NCBI RefSeq assembly: GCF_009834535.1 | Contig: NC_045696.1 | Coordinates: 6,884,001 to 6,948,000, forward strand | Source: Camelus ferus | Lineage: Eukaryota | Reading direction: 5' to 3' | Length of the DNA: 64,000 nt | Shown here: positions 1 to 13,442 of the stretch, piece after piece | Layout of the letters: each line of letters starts with the position of its first letter | How positions within the stretch are numbered: the stretch's first letter is position 1 | Notes under the pieces: generated by a model | Database searches by the model: none | Told to the model about the DNA's origin: nothing | The model's input: only the letters and a program-made list of their open reading frames with translations | Program-made: the position numbers and the translations under genes

Positions 1-2209
1 TTTTTTTTCCCTTGAACTATGACCTCATCTTTGAAACAATTTAAAAAGAGCTCTTACATGTCATTTTTTGCACCACTTCGAGCAGAAATCCTTCTGGAAC
101 ATTCTGGACAAATGATCAGTCAGCTTCTCATGTCAGGAAACTCATGACTGTGCAAGGAAACCTTTTTCGTTCTATTCACTCTTCAGTTTTGTTTTGGGAT
201 TTTGCTTCCTCTTCTTTGGAAACAAAGAGATGAATTCTTTTTATTTTTCTGGTTGTTCCTAAGTTTGTCATCACTGTTGTCTCTAGAAATCATGGTTCCG
301 AGAATGACAGGTCCTACAACAGAAGTATGCACAGGGATGCAAAGAATGGTCACTAGAAAAGGGGTAGCCAGGGGCAACGTCAAACAAGAGGCCAAATCCA
401 AACTGATCCTCAAAGACAAGTAGGAGCTAACTGTGCAGGCCAAGAAAGCAGGGAAAGGAATGGAGCAAGGCAATGCGTTCCGGTACCCAAAGGGGCTCAT
501 TTGGCTGGAACAGAGTTTAGAAGCAGGGAGTGATGGGAAATGAGCCTGGGGAGGTAGGTGGAAGCCAGGTCCTGATTTACCCCAGAATGGGGCAGAGTTG
601 GGAGTGCAGAGCTAGCGGAGGACTCCCTGTGCTCGGAACCTGTATCATGTGCAAAAGGAAAAGAAAAGGGAAAAGAAAGGAAGTAATATGGAGTCTTCCC
701 CCTTTCCTCTTGTGAACAGAGAGGGTTAGCAAAGCAGGTGGCTGCGACGAAGGTAGGTGGGGGAGGCATCGGCCACTGTAAGGTTTCGGATTCCAGGAAA
801 ACGGCTCTGGAGGTGAGACAAGAGCCTCAGAGAGATGCTGGCCCAGAAGGGAGGCAACAGATTGAGAGAAATGAGACTGAGAGGGAATTCCAGGCTGCTT
901 CCAAGATTCCATACTTTGTGGTTGAGCCCTGGGAAGCAGGTGGAACCTAGAGCAGGTGCGTCCTGAGACAGGCGCGCCTGCCCGGGTTGGCAGCAGTGAG
1001 GCAGGCTCCCAAATCTCTCTGGAGATTTCAGCCTGGGATCTTCTCGGTGCCTCCCCGCACTCCAGCTCAGCATTCTCCTCAAAGGAAACTTCTTGCTATG
1101 ATGTGGGTGACAACGCTTGTCCTATATTTTATGATATTTCCAGGAGCTCTAGGAAAGGAGGAATGAGTCACTCATCAATATTCCAAGGAACCAGCCACAC
1201 TGGGCATTCATGAAACACTGCTGGGAAGCCTGGAGGGGAGCCCCCGGGGTTTTGAGCAGGGGAGGACACACGCAGAGCTTTGGAGAAATTCTGCAGCCGT
1301 GTGGTCCAGCAGTTTTCTAACACTTAGCCCTGCAGTCTGTCCCTCTAGGCAGGAGAAGTTCATGTGCTCAGCATGCTTCCAAGAAAGAACCCCAGGTGAT
1401 GCTCCAAGTCCTTTCCTCTCACCTAAGATTTGAGGTGATGTAAAAGCACCACCTTGAATTCATGTAATTTATTTTTGTAAGACATACTGATACCCCAGTG
1501 CAGTAGGCCCCTCCCTAGTCTGGTCACATGGCCACAACATGGCCACAGTGACGGCATCTTAAGAAACCCAGCAGGGTGACCTGTACACAAAGAACCTTAG
1601 AAAGGGTATCTCCATGAGGCAGGGACTCTCAGCCTTTTGCAAAGGAGGCCATGTCACCAAAGCATCCTGCGTGGCCTGCCCAGTAAGAATTTCACCTCCT
1701 CCTTCAAACACCCCCCTACACATTTTTTACCCTGAATCATATCTTTAGATCACCATAGGAGCCTTTCACTGAGCAAATCAAGGATAAAAACTATATTATG
1801 TAAAATTGTACCACAGCCCAGTGGACAAGCTCTTAATTCTTGAAACTCCCTTAGCCTCTGAGAGAGAGCTCCCGGGGTTTCCCCAAGGTGCTCCCACAAG
1901 TTCAGGCCTTGGCACCCTTCCTCCTCCCCCAGCTTCAAGCATCACCCCAACTCCAGCCTCTGTCTCCCTCCTGAGCAGCTCGGCCTGCCCTCCATGGTCC
2001 TCCATGGTTTACACCCTAATTTTCTGAGCTGACCGTCTGCTACTCTTCTCACACTTGGCCTCAGTCCACCTGCTGCCTGCTGCTCCTCAGGCACCAAGGC
2101 TCCCCATCGCTACTTTTCCTACACCTGGAATATTCCACCTCGCTCCTCCCCTCCCCACATCACTCTCTGACCCTTCTGACACAAGGGAGCCCTTCCTCTG
2201 TGAGCCTGC

Positions 2210-2420
2210 TCTGGTTCTGAGAGTTAGAATTCCTGTGTTTGACATCCAGCTCTACTCTTGTTCAGCTCTGTGACCCGGGGCCATTTGCTGAACCTCTCTG
2301 TGCCTCAGTTTTTCCATTCCCAAAGTGAGGGCGCTAAAACTTATTTCATCAGGCCCTTGTGGGAATTAAATGAGATAGTCTAGCAATGCTCTCAACCTAG
2401 TGCCAGAGTGTAATAAATGT
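2210..2420 (+). mobile_element. MIR
   Basis: Core AACCTCTCTGTGCCTCAGTTTTTCCAT...ATTAAATGAGATA. Confidence 0.8.
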
Positions 2421-3004
2421 GAACTAAATGGGACTATTTTATTGTCCCAAACCATAGCTGCGTGCTGACTCTTCATTCCCACGAGTTTTTCATTAGGGCG
2501 AGAAGCTAATTCATGGTTCTTAAATTCTCTATATTTTTCAGTAGCCACTCAAGGCAATGTGTGGTACCACATTATAAGAACACTTCTTTGACTGGCTATC
2601 TCAGAATGCGGCGTTTCCCCTTTAAATTGGTCCCCCTGTGACTAGCTGCGGCATCATGTCGGGAAAGTGGAAGAACAACATGGGGATGCCGCGGTTGGAG
2701 GCCCCCACTGGCATGTTTGTAGAGAACCCTGAGAACAAGGTGGGAGATTTGTAGCCCCTGTTTTAACCTGGAGGTGAGGTCCAATGAGGATTCACGTTCA
2801 TAACACAGCACTATCGTCTCCCACTATATATAAGTGTTCCTTTAAATGGTTGTAACTTTTTTAAAAATCACAGTTTTCTGAGGAGTGTAAGCACACATTT
2901 TTAGAGAGATAAAAATATCCAAAATGCAAATATGGCTGGTTTGAAATATATCAATTATGATGAGTTTCCCCCTCATCCTTAAAAGCCTGCTTCTGGGCTC
3001 CAGA

Positions 3005-3130
3005 AAGAAAGACGGCCGCGCTGCCGAGGAGCGCGCAGACCGCACTCGGCTCCGCCAGCCCCTGCCCTCTGCGTGCGAGGGAGCCGCGTGCGGCGGAAAA
3101 GCACCTCCTCCTCCCCACCACCCAGGAAAC
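3005..3130 (+). promoter_or_regulatory. Small CpG-dense non-repeat patch; candidate alternative KCNJ6 promoter or enhancer
   Basis: 15 CpG in 3011-3100 against a CpG-poor background. Confidence 0.45.
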
Positions 3131-3154
3131 CTGGCATTCATGAATCAACCCCCT

Positions 3155-3195
3155 ACACACACACACACACACGCACGCAGTCACACACACACACA
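3155..3195. repeat. Imperfect (CA)n microsatellite; others at about 3359-3379, 35605-35670 and 63180-63220
   Basis: Read directly. Confidence 0.9.
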
Positions 3196-5156
3196 GTGCC
3201 CGAGTTGTAGCTTTGAGCTACAGTCAAGCTCTGTTATAACTGCCCTCATTAAAAACCCCTCTGTCATTTCAGACAGTCAGAAAGAAGTATATGTCTGGCA
3301 TGGTCCAAGGAGGAAGCCACGTTCTCCCTAGCTGCAACAGAAGCATGAGTGTAAATCTCACACACAAACACACACACACCCCAAGCAAACTGCTGAGCTT
3401 ATATTTTTATTACCAGGTATGGTAAACAGAACACAGTCAGACAATAAGAAAATTAAATACCCACTAGCCCTGAGGGTCAATACTTTGCCCAAGGAGTTCG
3501 GTATGCTTTTAACAAGACACTCAGGATATGTTCTCAGCATCTGTGGGCAAGTTTTGCTCAAACCTGACAGTATTTCCAGCAAACCTTAAATGTTTCTGTT
3601 ATTCCATTAAGGGTCTGACAACACAGTTGTAAAAGGAGTTCCTCTTAGAGAAAAAGAACCCAGCTCTTCCAAGAAGCATGCCAAGGTCCTGGAAGCTTGT
3701 ATTCTGGTGGAGGGTGTTGGAAATGGGGGTGTGGGGTGCACGGTCACCAGCTGTTGACACTCATGGTAAGTAGTCTCCTGGGAGGCAGGCAGACTTGGGT
3801 CTTATAAGTTTCAGGAAAAATTGCTCTGTTGTTTTTGGTACCAGTGCCAGAGGTCAATATTTGTCCTCATACAGCAAGGACAGGCGATAACCCTTGGCTC
3901 CCGCATGGTAGCCAAACAGAATAATGATTACACACACACACAACACACACGCACAGATATAACACTTGAGTGTATGAATACACATTTCCTCATCTGTTCT
4001 TCACAACGGGCCTCTGAATGAAGACACACAGACACGACCTCTCCCCACTGCACAGAGAAGCAAAGTGAAGCTTCCAGGGATTAATAGTAAGTACCTAGAA
4101 AGCAAAGCCAAGACAGAAAGCGTTTAGACCCAGGCTCCTTTTAGACTCCCTGACTGCTCCACTTCTCACTCACTCACACGCTCTCTCAAAATAAGAACAT
4201 CCAAGGGGCACAGACACAGTAAATAAACAATACATTTTCAAACCAAAGTAAGTTCTTTTCTCCAGAACAGTAAGATTCCTGCATCCCTGGTTTTCTTCTA
4301 ATTTTACAACTAATAAACCAGTAGATTATGTCAAATATCAAAGCCTTTGGTTCCCAGAGGAAAGATATTTCTAAAGGACTTGAAGCAAACATATGTCTTT
4401 TTCATCGTAAATATCACCAATTCTCATACTCTGTCCCAAACTAAGAGTGTGCAGGTGCCCTTTTCATGCAGGTGGCTGCTACTAAACATGCCTCAGCAAA
4501 CAGCCAACCTTGTCTGAAAGGAACAGACCAGGAAACTGTGGCCCCAAAAGTAAAATGCCTTGCTCAGAATCCTAGGGCTTTTCAGTGGCAGAGACTCCTG
4601 GTCTACCATGAACTTCCTCCGGTCTTGATGGCTGTGGCAATGGAAGCCTCCAGACAGGACTGCTGGGAGGTGGGACTTGACTTTTCCAAAGGTCTCAGAC
4701 TCCCTTCCCTACACCCATAATAAATTATGCAGTGACCATGAACACACTTGAACATGAGCATGCTTAGAAATAAAATTCAGGGAAAAGAATCAGGAAGAGT
4801 GGAGGAAAACGGCAGAGACTGAGTGGTACCCAGTGGAGCTCTCAGTGAAAAATTTGGGAGCACGAGGAGGAAATGGAAATTGGGTGTCTAGGCAGAGGGA
4901 ACAATGACTGCCAAGGCAGGAAGGTACCTGTAACTAGGATGTAGGTTGAGAAGACAGAACCATCCAGACAGCTGGCCCTGGTTAAAGGACAAGGACTGCA
5001 TGTTTACTTGCTAGAGGACTCACAATTTTCAAGCAGGTGTGCGTGGAAGTCTGCATTTTACATAGATTCCCCCAGGATTGTTTCAAGGTAAACATGCTGG
5101 TGAGGCCAGAGGCAGAGGGAAGCAACATCAGCAGCCCCTTTAAGAGATAGCAGCAA

Positions 5157-5669
5157 AATAGCCAAGATGTGGGCAACCTAAACACCCATCAACAGATGGC
5201 TGGATAAAGAAGATGAGGAATAGGTACACAATGGAATATAACTCCACCATGAAAAAGGATGACATAATGCCGTTTGCAGCAACATGGATGGACCTAGAGA
5301 TGATCATACCAAGTGAAGTAAGTCAGACAGAGAGAGACAAATATCATATGATATCATTTATATGTGGAATCGAAAAATATGATACAAATGAACTCTTTTA
5401 CAAAATAGAAACAGACTCACAGACATAGAAAACAAACATGGTTACCAAGGAGGAAGTTTGGGGGAGGGTGGGTGAATTAGGAGTTTATCCATATAAAATG
5501 GATAAACAATAAGGACCTACTGTATAGCACAGGGAACTATATTCAATATCTTATAATAACCTATAATGGAAAAGAATCTAAAAATGAATATGTGTGTATG
5601 TGTAACTGAATCACTTTGCTGTACACCTGAAACTAACACAACTTTGTAAATCAACTATACTTCAAAAAA
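5157..5669 (+). mobile_element. 5'-truncated L1 3' end inserted in L2-like sequence
   Basis: ORF2 C-terminus (MPFAATWMDLEMII...SQTERDKYHMISFICGI), 3'UTR ending TCAACTATACTTCAAAAAA. Confidence 0.92.
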
Positions 5670-5689
5670 GAGAGGCAGAGACAGCAGTA

Positions 5690-6050
5690 GAGGGAGGTCA
5701 GAGGTGAGACATGTGAAGTATCAGGGCTGAGGAAGAGAAGGGAGGTGGAGTGTTCCCAGATTTCTGGCTTAGGTATAACGTGGGTGGTGATCCGATAAAC
5801 CAAAGACAGAGAATAGGAGAAGCAGCCCGGGTGTGAGGGGCTGGGGCTTGGCTGGTGGAAAGTGTGTGGGAATAGAAAGTGGCTTTGAGTCATGCACTGG
5901 GCGTCTAGGTGGTGCTCAGTAGACCCCAGGGGCTCAATGGTGAGGTCAGAGCTGGATATACAAACTTGGGAGCCACCAGCCATCTGTGGAAATTAGAGGC
6001 ATTGTTGTGGATGAGACTGCTCTAAGGAAGAACACAGAGAAGGCAAAACG
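5690..6050 (+). mobile_element. L2 fragment
   Basis: CCAGATTTCTGGCTT and GAGGTCAGAGCTGGATATACAAACTTGGGAG...CCAGCAT, L2-like. Confidence 0.6.
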
Positions 6051-7719
6051 TGAGAAAGTCCAACACAGCACCAGCATTGTTGTATAAGGACTCCTGTTTC
6101 GATGTATCCATGTATGGTAGACCATGAGGTTCTGGGGGAGCAGAGGTTGTTGAAAAGAAGATGAGATCAGCTTGGAGGAAATTCCTTTCTTGGCATGGGC
6201 TTCAGTTTTATCAGCTGCATCACTATGGGGTTGGACTTGACAATCTCTAAAAGAATCTCTTCCAGGTTTAATATGCTATAATTCTAAATCTCTTCCCAGT
6301 ATTGTAATTCCGATAACCAGCAAATTTACTTTGGAGGAAGCTCTTGGCTTTAGAAAAAGGAGAATTTGCTTGAATGGAATGTAAATCTTTTACAAACATG
6401 CGTGCCATGTAATTGCAAACCTCAACTTTTGGATAATGAGGGAAGGACATAAGGAGTTTAAAGACATCTCATAGCATGCCTGAACTACTTACACAGAAAC
6501 ATATGTCATGATTGCCACCATAAGCCACGATACAGATGAGTCAAACAGAGAGATAAATTTAGGATTTTTAAGGGCCCCTCCACTGTCGAAGTCAGAAGTT
6601 TCTATTTAACTACAGAAAAGAGAAACATGCTGATACAGACAGAATTTGATTTCTCCAGGATGAAGATACCCAACACATCTGAATAAAAATGGCTACAAGG
6701 ACTATCCACTAGCAAGACCTGGGTACAAAATGTGGCAGTGTCCTTGGGTCACAAGAGGTAACGTGGTGAAACATACCCAAGAAGACAGAAAACTCAACAG
6801 GGCTTTGTAAGGATATAATGCCTGGAATCTGGGTGCCTGTGGCTGGGGGATTCTCACCAATGGAGCCATTAGAAGGGGGCCAAGCTGAAGAGGTCAGTGA
6901 TCCAGAGTAAGATAAAGTCATAGATTAGGATACAAAGAGAGACGGGGTAAGTGGAGGGGCTGGGCCAGCAGCACAACCAGGCTAGAAGGTGAAGTGGAGA
7001 GTCAGGAACAGAGCACGCAGAGACAGAACGAGGCTCCTACAGGTCGAGGATGAGCTTCACTGAGTTCTCACCATGGAGCTGCGTCTATGCATGAATTGTG
7101 CTGAACCACTGGGGTAGACTCGTCTCTGAAGCAACCTCTCTGCACGCTCCTGTGAACCCGTGCTCCTGTGACAAGTTCCACTTTGCCCGTCTCGTTGTTT
7201 CTGCTGCCCAACACGCTTAGCCTCTCCGACAGCAGTGCTGTTTCTTTACATCTCAATATAAACCACATGGCAGGCTAAATCTTTACAGGCCAATGCCACC
7301 ACGGTAGGGAGGGTGATCTTGGCTTCTTAACTCTTTCCGTTCTCAAAGGCAATTATCAGTTCAAGTAAGAGGCAGTGCCAGTAACGCAGGGCTTGTGAGA
7401 ATCAGGCGTGCTTGTGATGTGCAAAGCTCTTTATCGATACTCAAAGAGACCTTTTAGTTTGGGAATAGGGGCACTGGAAGGATGAATAATGATATTGTTA
7501 ACTGTACTTCAACACCCAAGCCATGGCACGTCGACTCAAGGGCCGGCCAAGCCGCCGTGACAAGCTCAGCACCACACTGTGGCCGCAGGGAAAGTAAATG
7601 CCACCTCTGGTCTCTGAGAGCTAACATGTTGATGGCAGAAGAGTTGGACGACTGACACACCACGAAAAGTCAATGCCGTACCTATTCCATGTGAAGGCAT
7701 GCTAGGGTCGTTCATAAAC

Positions 7720-8560
7720 AAAAAGTCAGAGAAAGGAAAATGACAATTTAAAAGCACAAGGTGCCACTTTTTGCCTATCAGTTTGGCAAAGACAGGGTTG
7801 GGGAAAAGTGCTAATGCCCTTGGCAAGAATGGACAAAACCAGGATGCAGGGTGCAGCTCAGTGGTAGAGCGCGTGCTTGGCATGCACGAGGCCCTGGGTT
7901 CAATCCCCAGGGCTCCTCTAAGAATAAATAGATAATAAGTAAGCCTAATTACCTACCCCCACCAAAAAAAAAAAAAAAAGAATGTACGAAAATGAATGTT
8001 TTCATACAGTCAGAGCCAACTTTCTGGGGGACAATTGAGCAATACATGTCAAAATTCTTAATAGTCATAATTTTTAACCAAACCATACCTACCCCTGATA
8101 TTTATCCTCAGTGTCGACAGGACAAGGGCACCAGTCTGTGAACTCAAGGATGCTCATCACAGCATTGTATTAAATGGTGAAAATTGTAAGCAAATCAAAT
8201 GGAATCTGGTTAAGGAAATGATGGCATAACCCACAGTGAATGCTATGCTGTGACAGTATATTCTACCTTTATTGACATAGAAAGATGTATGATACAGCAT
8301 TGTGAGAGTAGCTTATGACATCACACGTATAGTATATTTATATTAGAAAAGGGGGATTATATTTCCATATCTGTATATACTGACAGGTATAGAAATGGGA
8401 GCAGAAAGGTGTTTACCAAAATATAACAGCGGTTTCCTCTGGGAATGGAATGATAAAAACATCTATATTTTCCAATTTATAAATTTTTCAATATTTTCTG
8501 AGTTTTGAAATAACAATCATGTGTTAGTTTCATAATCAGAAAAAGAATAAGGCTGCAAAA
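7720..8560 (+). mobile_element. Ancient L1ME-like 3' fragment, interrupted by the SINE
   Basis: Degenerate L1 3' motifs (TTTCTGGGGGACAATT, AAGGATGCTCATCACAGCATTGT). Confidence 0.65.
7842..7979 (+). mobile_element. tRNA-Ala-derived SINE (camelid vic-1 type)
   Basis: A box AGCTCAGTGG, B box GGTTCAATCC, (AATA)-rich segment, CCTAATTACC, poly(A). Imperfect TSD AAGAATG(G/T)AC(A/G)AAA. Confidence 0.88.
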
Positions 8561-9299
8561 AGAGCAAAATAATAGCCAGTGTTTCAGTTACTAAGCATGT
8601 TAGGCGCCCAAGGAGATTAAAGAAATTGAAGAGAACTTTCAGTAGAGATGAAACATTATTTTTAACAGCCCCAAAGAAACTTTCTAATTAGGACAGTTTC
8701 AATTTATGTATGTGTCATTCTGACTCTCAAACTCAGTGGGTTATAACCCACATCCTAGTTGAAACAAAATGTGTTCAGCCCAAAATAGGTAAGGTCATAA
8801 ACCCATCAGAAGTGATGACTTTCCAAAAACTCCAGGAATTCAAAGAAGTAAGACAAAGAAAAATGTATAAAATCTATTTAGCTTTTTGGGAGTGAAAAAA
8901 AGAAACCAAATGACTATAAAAATACCAGCTCCAAAAATACCCAAAAACACTTCAACAGGAGAAAATAGAGAGCAAAAGATTGGCATATGGGTGTCAAAAC
9001 TCCAGTGTCAAAAAGGTTTTAAAAACCGGTTGTGCATCACCAATTATATATATCCAAGATCAATGTGACAGAAGCTCGTTTCCAAGAGCACTGGCAAGAT
9101 TTTCAGTGTCCTAAAATTCTCTTTTCCGTGACTGACAGATCATATAGCTATAATGTGAGATTTGAAAATTCATTTCATCACTGGTGATCAAATTCTAACA
9201 CAGGAAAAAGAAGGGAGAGAGAGGCAGTAACAGACCAATTGCAGTCATTCATATTTAAGACGTGCTTTAGACATAATTGTCTTTTCTTCTCACCTCCAG

Positions 9300-9351
9300 G
9301 AAAAGCACAAAGAAGAAATGACAGCGATGGCCAAGCTGACAGAATCCATGA
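9300..9351 (+). other. KCNJ6: KCNJ6 exon carrying the start codon (52 nt; equivalent to human exon 2)
   Basis: Polypyrimidine tract cttttcttctcacctccAG (AG 9298-9299) and donor GTGAGT at 9352-9357. The exon has 27 nt upstream of ATG 9327 and 25 coding nt, matching my recollection of human exon 2. Confidence 0.93.
9327..9351 (+). CDS. KCNJ6: G protein-activated inward rectifier K+ channel 2 (Kir3.2), N-terminal segment MAKLTESM(T), phase-1 intron follows
   Basis: ATG GCC AAG CTG ACA GAA TCC ATG A matches the known GIRK2 N-terminus MAKLTESMTNVLEG. Kozak GCGATGG. The rest of the CDS is outside the window. Confidence 0.93.
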
Positions 9352-12300
9352 GTGAGTAACTTGAAATTTATTCTTCATTTTTGGTTTTGAATGGAAAACC
9401 ACAAAATTTTGCAAAAAACACATCTCCTTGTGTTTATCTGATTTGTTTTTTAATTTCCTTCTTGTAAGAGCCAAGGTCTATTTAACGCAGATTATTTTGT
9501 GTTAATGTTACATTGTATGTTATTCAAAATTCATCTCTTGTGGGGTCCAATTCTGTGCTGAAATTGTAACCCAATGTATGGAGCTAAAGAATCAAAATGG
9601 GTTGTATTTGTAGCACCGCATTGGGGATTGAAACCCACAATAATTTTAACCTGATTTTTAGGAGATTTGGACAAAGTCAGCTGAAGTTTTATGTGTAGAT
9701 AGATATTCCATAGGCTGGACAATCTAAAGAGAGGAGAGAATGGCTTTTCTTTGCTAGAATTTCAGGTATAGTTTAAAAATTTCAGACAGAACTATTTTAA
9801 AAAATGGGGTACTTGAGGTGTAAGTAGATTGCAATGGTTTAGGCTTTGGGTATATCAGTAACACAATGTGCTAAGCTCTTAAGCCAAATAAATAGGATAC
9901 AGGAATCGTTTTCAAGAGAAAAGAAAAATTAATTATAACAAATTCTCCTGCAAACTGAGAAATGCAATTTCCTGTGTTGAAGTTTAAATACCAAAGACTA
10001 CATGGATATGAAACAGACAGACAATGTAGACTTTTTCCTTTGAAAATACACATTTTCCTGCTGACAGATTTCCTACCTGAAGTTACAAGGGAAGCTTGCA
10101 AACCCTTCTCCATTATCATTAGGGCCATGAACACCTTCTTAAAGCTGGCCTCAAGATTAATCACTGTTCTTGCCGACATTTAACTAGGCTCCTGCCTCCT
10201 CCTTCTGCTATTCCTCAAATCATGAAACTATTAAGTGCAAGTGTTTTCTCCTGCGGCACAGTCAGTGAGCTCTTATCTCCAAAGGTCTCTCCAAGAAAAG
10301 CTAATGTTACAAAGACCTGTACATCCCATTTCTTTAATTCCTGACCCCAAACCTCTGCCTAATTCTGTGTGTCTCCAACACATGCTGATTTCACCATGTA
10401 AACGCCAGCTCCTGGGGACTAAGTGTAGCGCAGCCCCACGCCTCTCTTCCACTCTCCTTTCTGTGCCATCCCATGCCCCTTCTCTGCCCCACCCTTCACT
10501 CCACGGATGGAAAAACCTTCAGAGGATTTGCCACTTGGTTTGAAAAACCCCAAACTAGTTCTCTGTCAGGGAAAGGACCTTCATTCATCGAACGTGCTCT
10601 TCTCAGACCCGGAAGGGGATAGTGAGGGTACCAGAACCGTCGTGAAACTGACATGCCTGTGTTGTCGAAATACAGGGTGGATTAGCGCCAACTAACTCAC
10701 AATCCACAGCACATTAGCAGGATTAGTCCTGATCTCTAAATCCAAAATCACCAACAACAAAAAATTCACAGATTCTCCGAATGCTAGAAAGATCAACAGC
10801 TTGGAAACTAGCACCACTGTCCGCGAATGGAATCTGGGCTGTATGGTGCATTAAACCACGAGTTATGATGCTAACAGGTTTTACGATGAGGCTCTTATTA
10901 GAATTTGATATTCTAGTTCAGTGGACTTTTTTAAACTCACCTAACTGAATTATAAACCACTAAGAGCACTACAAGAGATCTACTGGTCAATAATTCTGGT
11001 AGGGGGGTTCTAATTTTTCTGTCTCTATTGGATCCAGATGCATTTAAATAAGAGCCCTTCATTGGACCCTCACTGATGGGTTGGTTTTAAGTTTCATGTT
11101 TGCTTCTGCAGTAATTCTAAAGACTTTGATCTATGAGTCCACTGCCTTAAGAGAATTCTGCCAAAATTGAATTACAAACCCTTGGGTAGAGGAAAGCACA
11201 TGGCCATCCTTCTAATTTGCTCTGTCCTTTTTAAAAAGGTCACTGGGTATGTTCAATGCATAATGGAAATTTAAAGTTTGAAAATGGACTTTAGAATCAT
11301 ACCCAACATTCTAGTCCATGGATCCCTACAAAGACAAAGAACATTATAAAATACATAAGACATACTATTACTCCTCTAGGTGCTAACTATGAACGTTCAT
11401 CCTGCAGTCAACACTAATAAATATTTCATCAAAATTAAATTCCTGCATAATGCTATACACCATTATACATCTACTCTACATAGGAAATCTACAAGGAAAT
11501 AAATACATAATTATGTCAGGACAGTCTATCAGTAGGCTAAGCAAAGAATTAACATTCAATTACTACACAATAACTTTGATGGGAACATCAAATCCACAGC
11601 CACCAGAGAAAAGGGACAAAAACAGAACCACGAAGGCTCAGGACACAGAGCACTGAATGGGTTTTCAGAGCCAGTAAACACTTCGCTTTGTTAAACCCAT
11701 CTGGTTAGGGGACTATCTCTGTTTAACTAGAACTGGAGAGCGATACTTCTCCTGTCACAAGAGGGGTCCAAACGCTATCGAGGGCTGTGGAAGTACCATC
11801 ACAGAGAGGGGGCACCTTACTCATCTTCTAAGAGCAGGATGATGCTTATTTCTTTCTATCAGGTACCAAAGTAGTCAACCACCTTAAAAAAAACCAACAT
11901 TAGTTATGTTTTCAAATGGCAAGCAAAGGACACAAAAATATTAACAGGTTTTTAATGTTTAATTAAAAGCAACTTTATTTAATAAATCCATGACAATACT
12001 TCAAAATAGACTTGTCACATTGTTGAAGGGACGAGGGGGCATGATAAAGAAGGAAAAGTAGAGGAAGGAAAAACAGATGAAATATAAGAAAATGCACATG
12101 AGAAAAACCCAGGGGAAAACGTATCTATGAACAAAAGCCCCAGAGAAGGAGCTGCCAAGGAGGAAAGAGACAAAATCAGAAGGGGGAAGAGAAGACAAAA
12201 CAGCAAAGAGAAAGGTGGCCGGGGGGTACTGACAGCGCTTCTGGGGATCTGAAATTCGCAAACTGCATTCTCCTGCCCTGGATGTCCAACCTTTCAAAGG

Positions 12301-13118
12301 CTATTGACTTTTGACCACTGCCCTTTGACATTTTCGTCTCTGTTAGCATCTTAGAAACAGATATTCTCTTACTTCAACCATCAGAAACCCTGTTCCAAAT
12401 GGGGCAGCCAAAACCCCTGTGCTGGAGGAAGGGCCTCCGAACATGCCTGTCAGTAATCAGGAACTTCCCACCCACCCACTAAGGGAAATCGGGCTGACAG
12501 CCTGACCCGAGTGGAGACACCCGACCCCGCCCACCAGCAGGCACGCGGTGACCCAGAGAAGGAAACCAAATCCCACACTGTGCTGGCACTATACATTGAG
12601 GCTGACAGGCCCCGTCCTGGCCACTTGAATCTAAGTCAGTGACAAATTGGAGGCATGCATATAGCCTGGGGCTCTGGAATCACGATCTGTACAGAGTACT
12701 TTTGTAGGTTGTTCTTACATAAATTTCTGTAGGCAACTCATTTCATGGCCGTCACCTGCTGATGTATGACCCGCCACCCCCAATCTGGGAATTTGTTGAG
12801 CACAGCACAGGAAGACTCACCACCTGGGTCCATTGATAATGTGGATTATAATCAAAGTCTGGTCTTATGCACGGTGATGGAGTTGAAAGGAGGGAGTTGG
12901 GGGGCAGGCAGGGATGCTCGGCCCCAATGCCTTCTCCAAGCTTCAGAGCCCCTTCCCGAGCCTCATCCTCACCCCCAGTGCTCTGCCTACGTCCCTGGAG
13001 TCTCACTTCCGCCTCCTTCTCCGCACCAGTCACAAGTCCTCAGTAGTAGCAGCAGTAGATGGTGGCCACCTGAGGTGCCTGGGGCCAGCCAGGGCACACG
13101 CTGGATCCTGGAGGGAGG

Positions 13119-13139
13119 AGCTGACTTCTGTTGCTTTTT
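13119..13139. repeat. L1 target-site duplication, left copy AGCTGACTTCTGTTGCTTTTT
   Basis: Identical to 20219-20239; the last five T overlap the poly(A) tail. Confidence 0.95.
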
Positions 13140-13442
13140 TTTTTTAACATTTTTTATTGATTTATAATCATTTTACAATGTTGTGTCAAATTCCAGTGTT
13201 CAGCACAATTTTTCAGTTATTCATGGACATATACACACTCATTGTCACATTTTTTTCTCTGTGAGTTATCATAACATTTTGTGTATATTTCCCTGTGCTA
13301 TACAGTGTAGTCTATTCTACAATTTTGAAATCCCAGTCTATCCCTTCCCACCCTCCACCCCCCTGGTAACCACAAGTCTGTATTCTCTGTCTGTGAGTCT
13401 ATTTCTGTCCTTTATTTACGCTTTGTTTTTGTTTTTGTTTTT

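Noticed and set aside
183..950. Minus-strand ORFs with acceptor-like sites, resembling 3' exons of an antisense gene
   Set aside because: No recognisable protein and no consistent spliced frame.
7842..7917. tRNA-Ala gene-like sequences (also about 40010-40085 and 45727-45800)
   Set aside because: SINE heads with tails and TSDs, diverged from tRNA.
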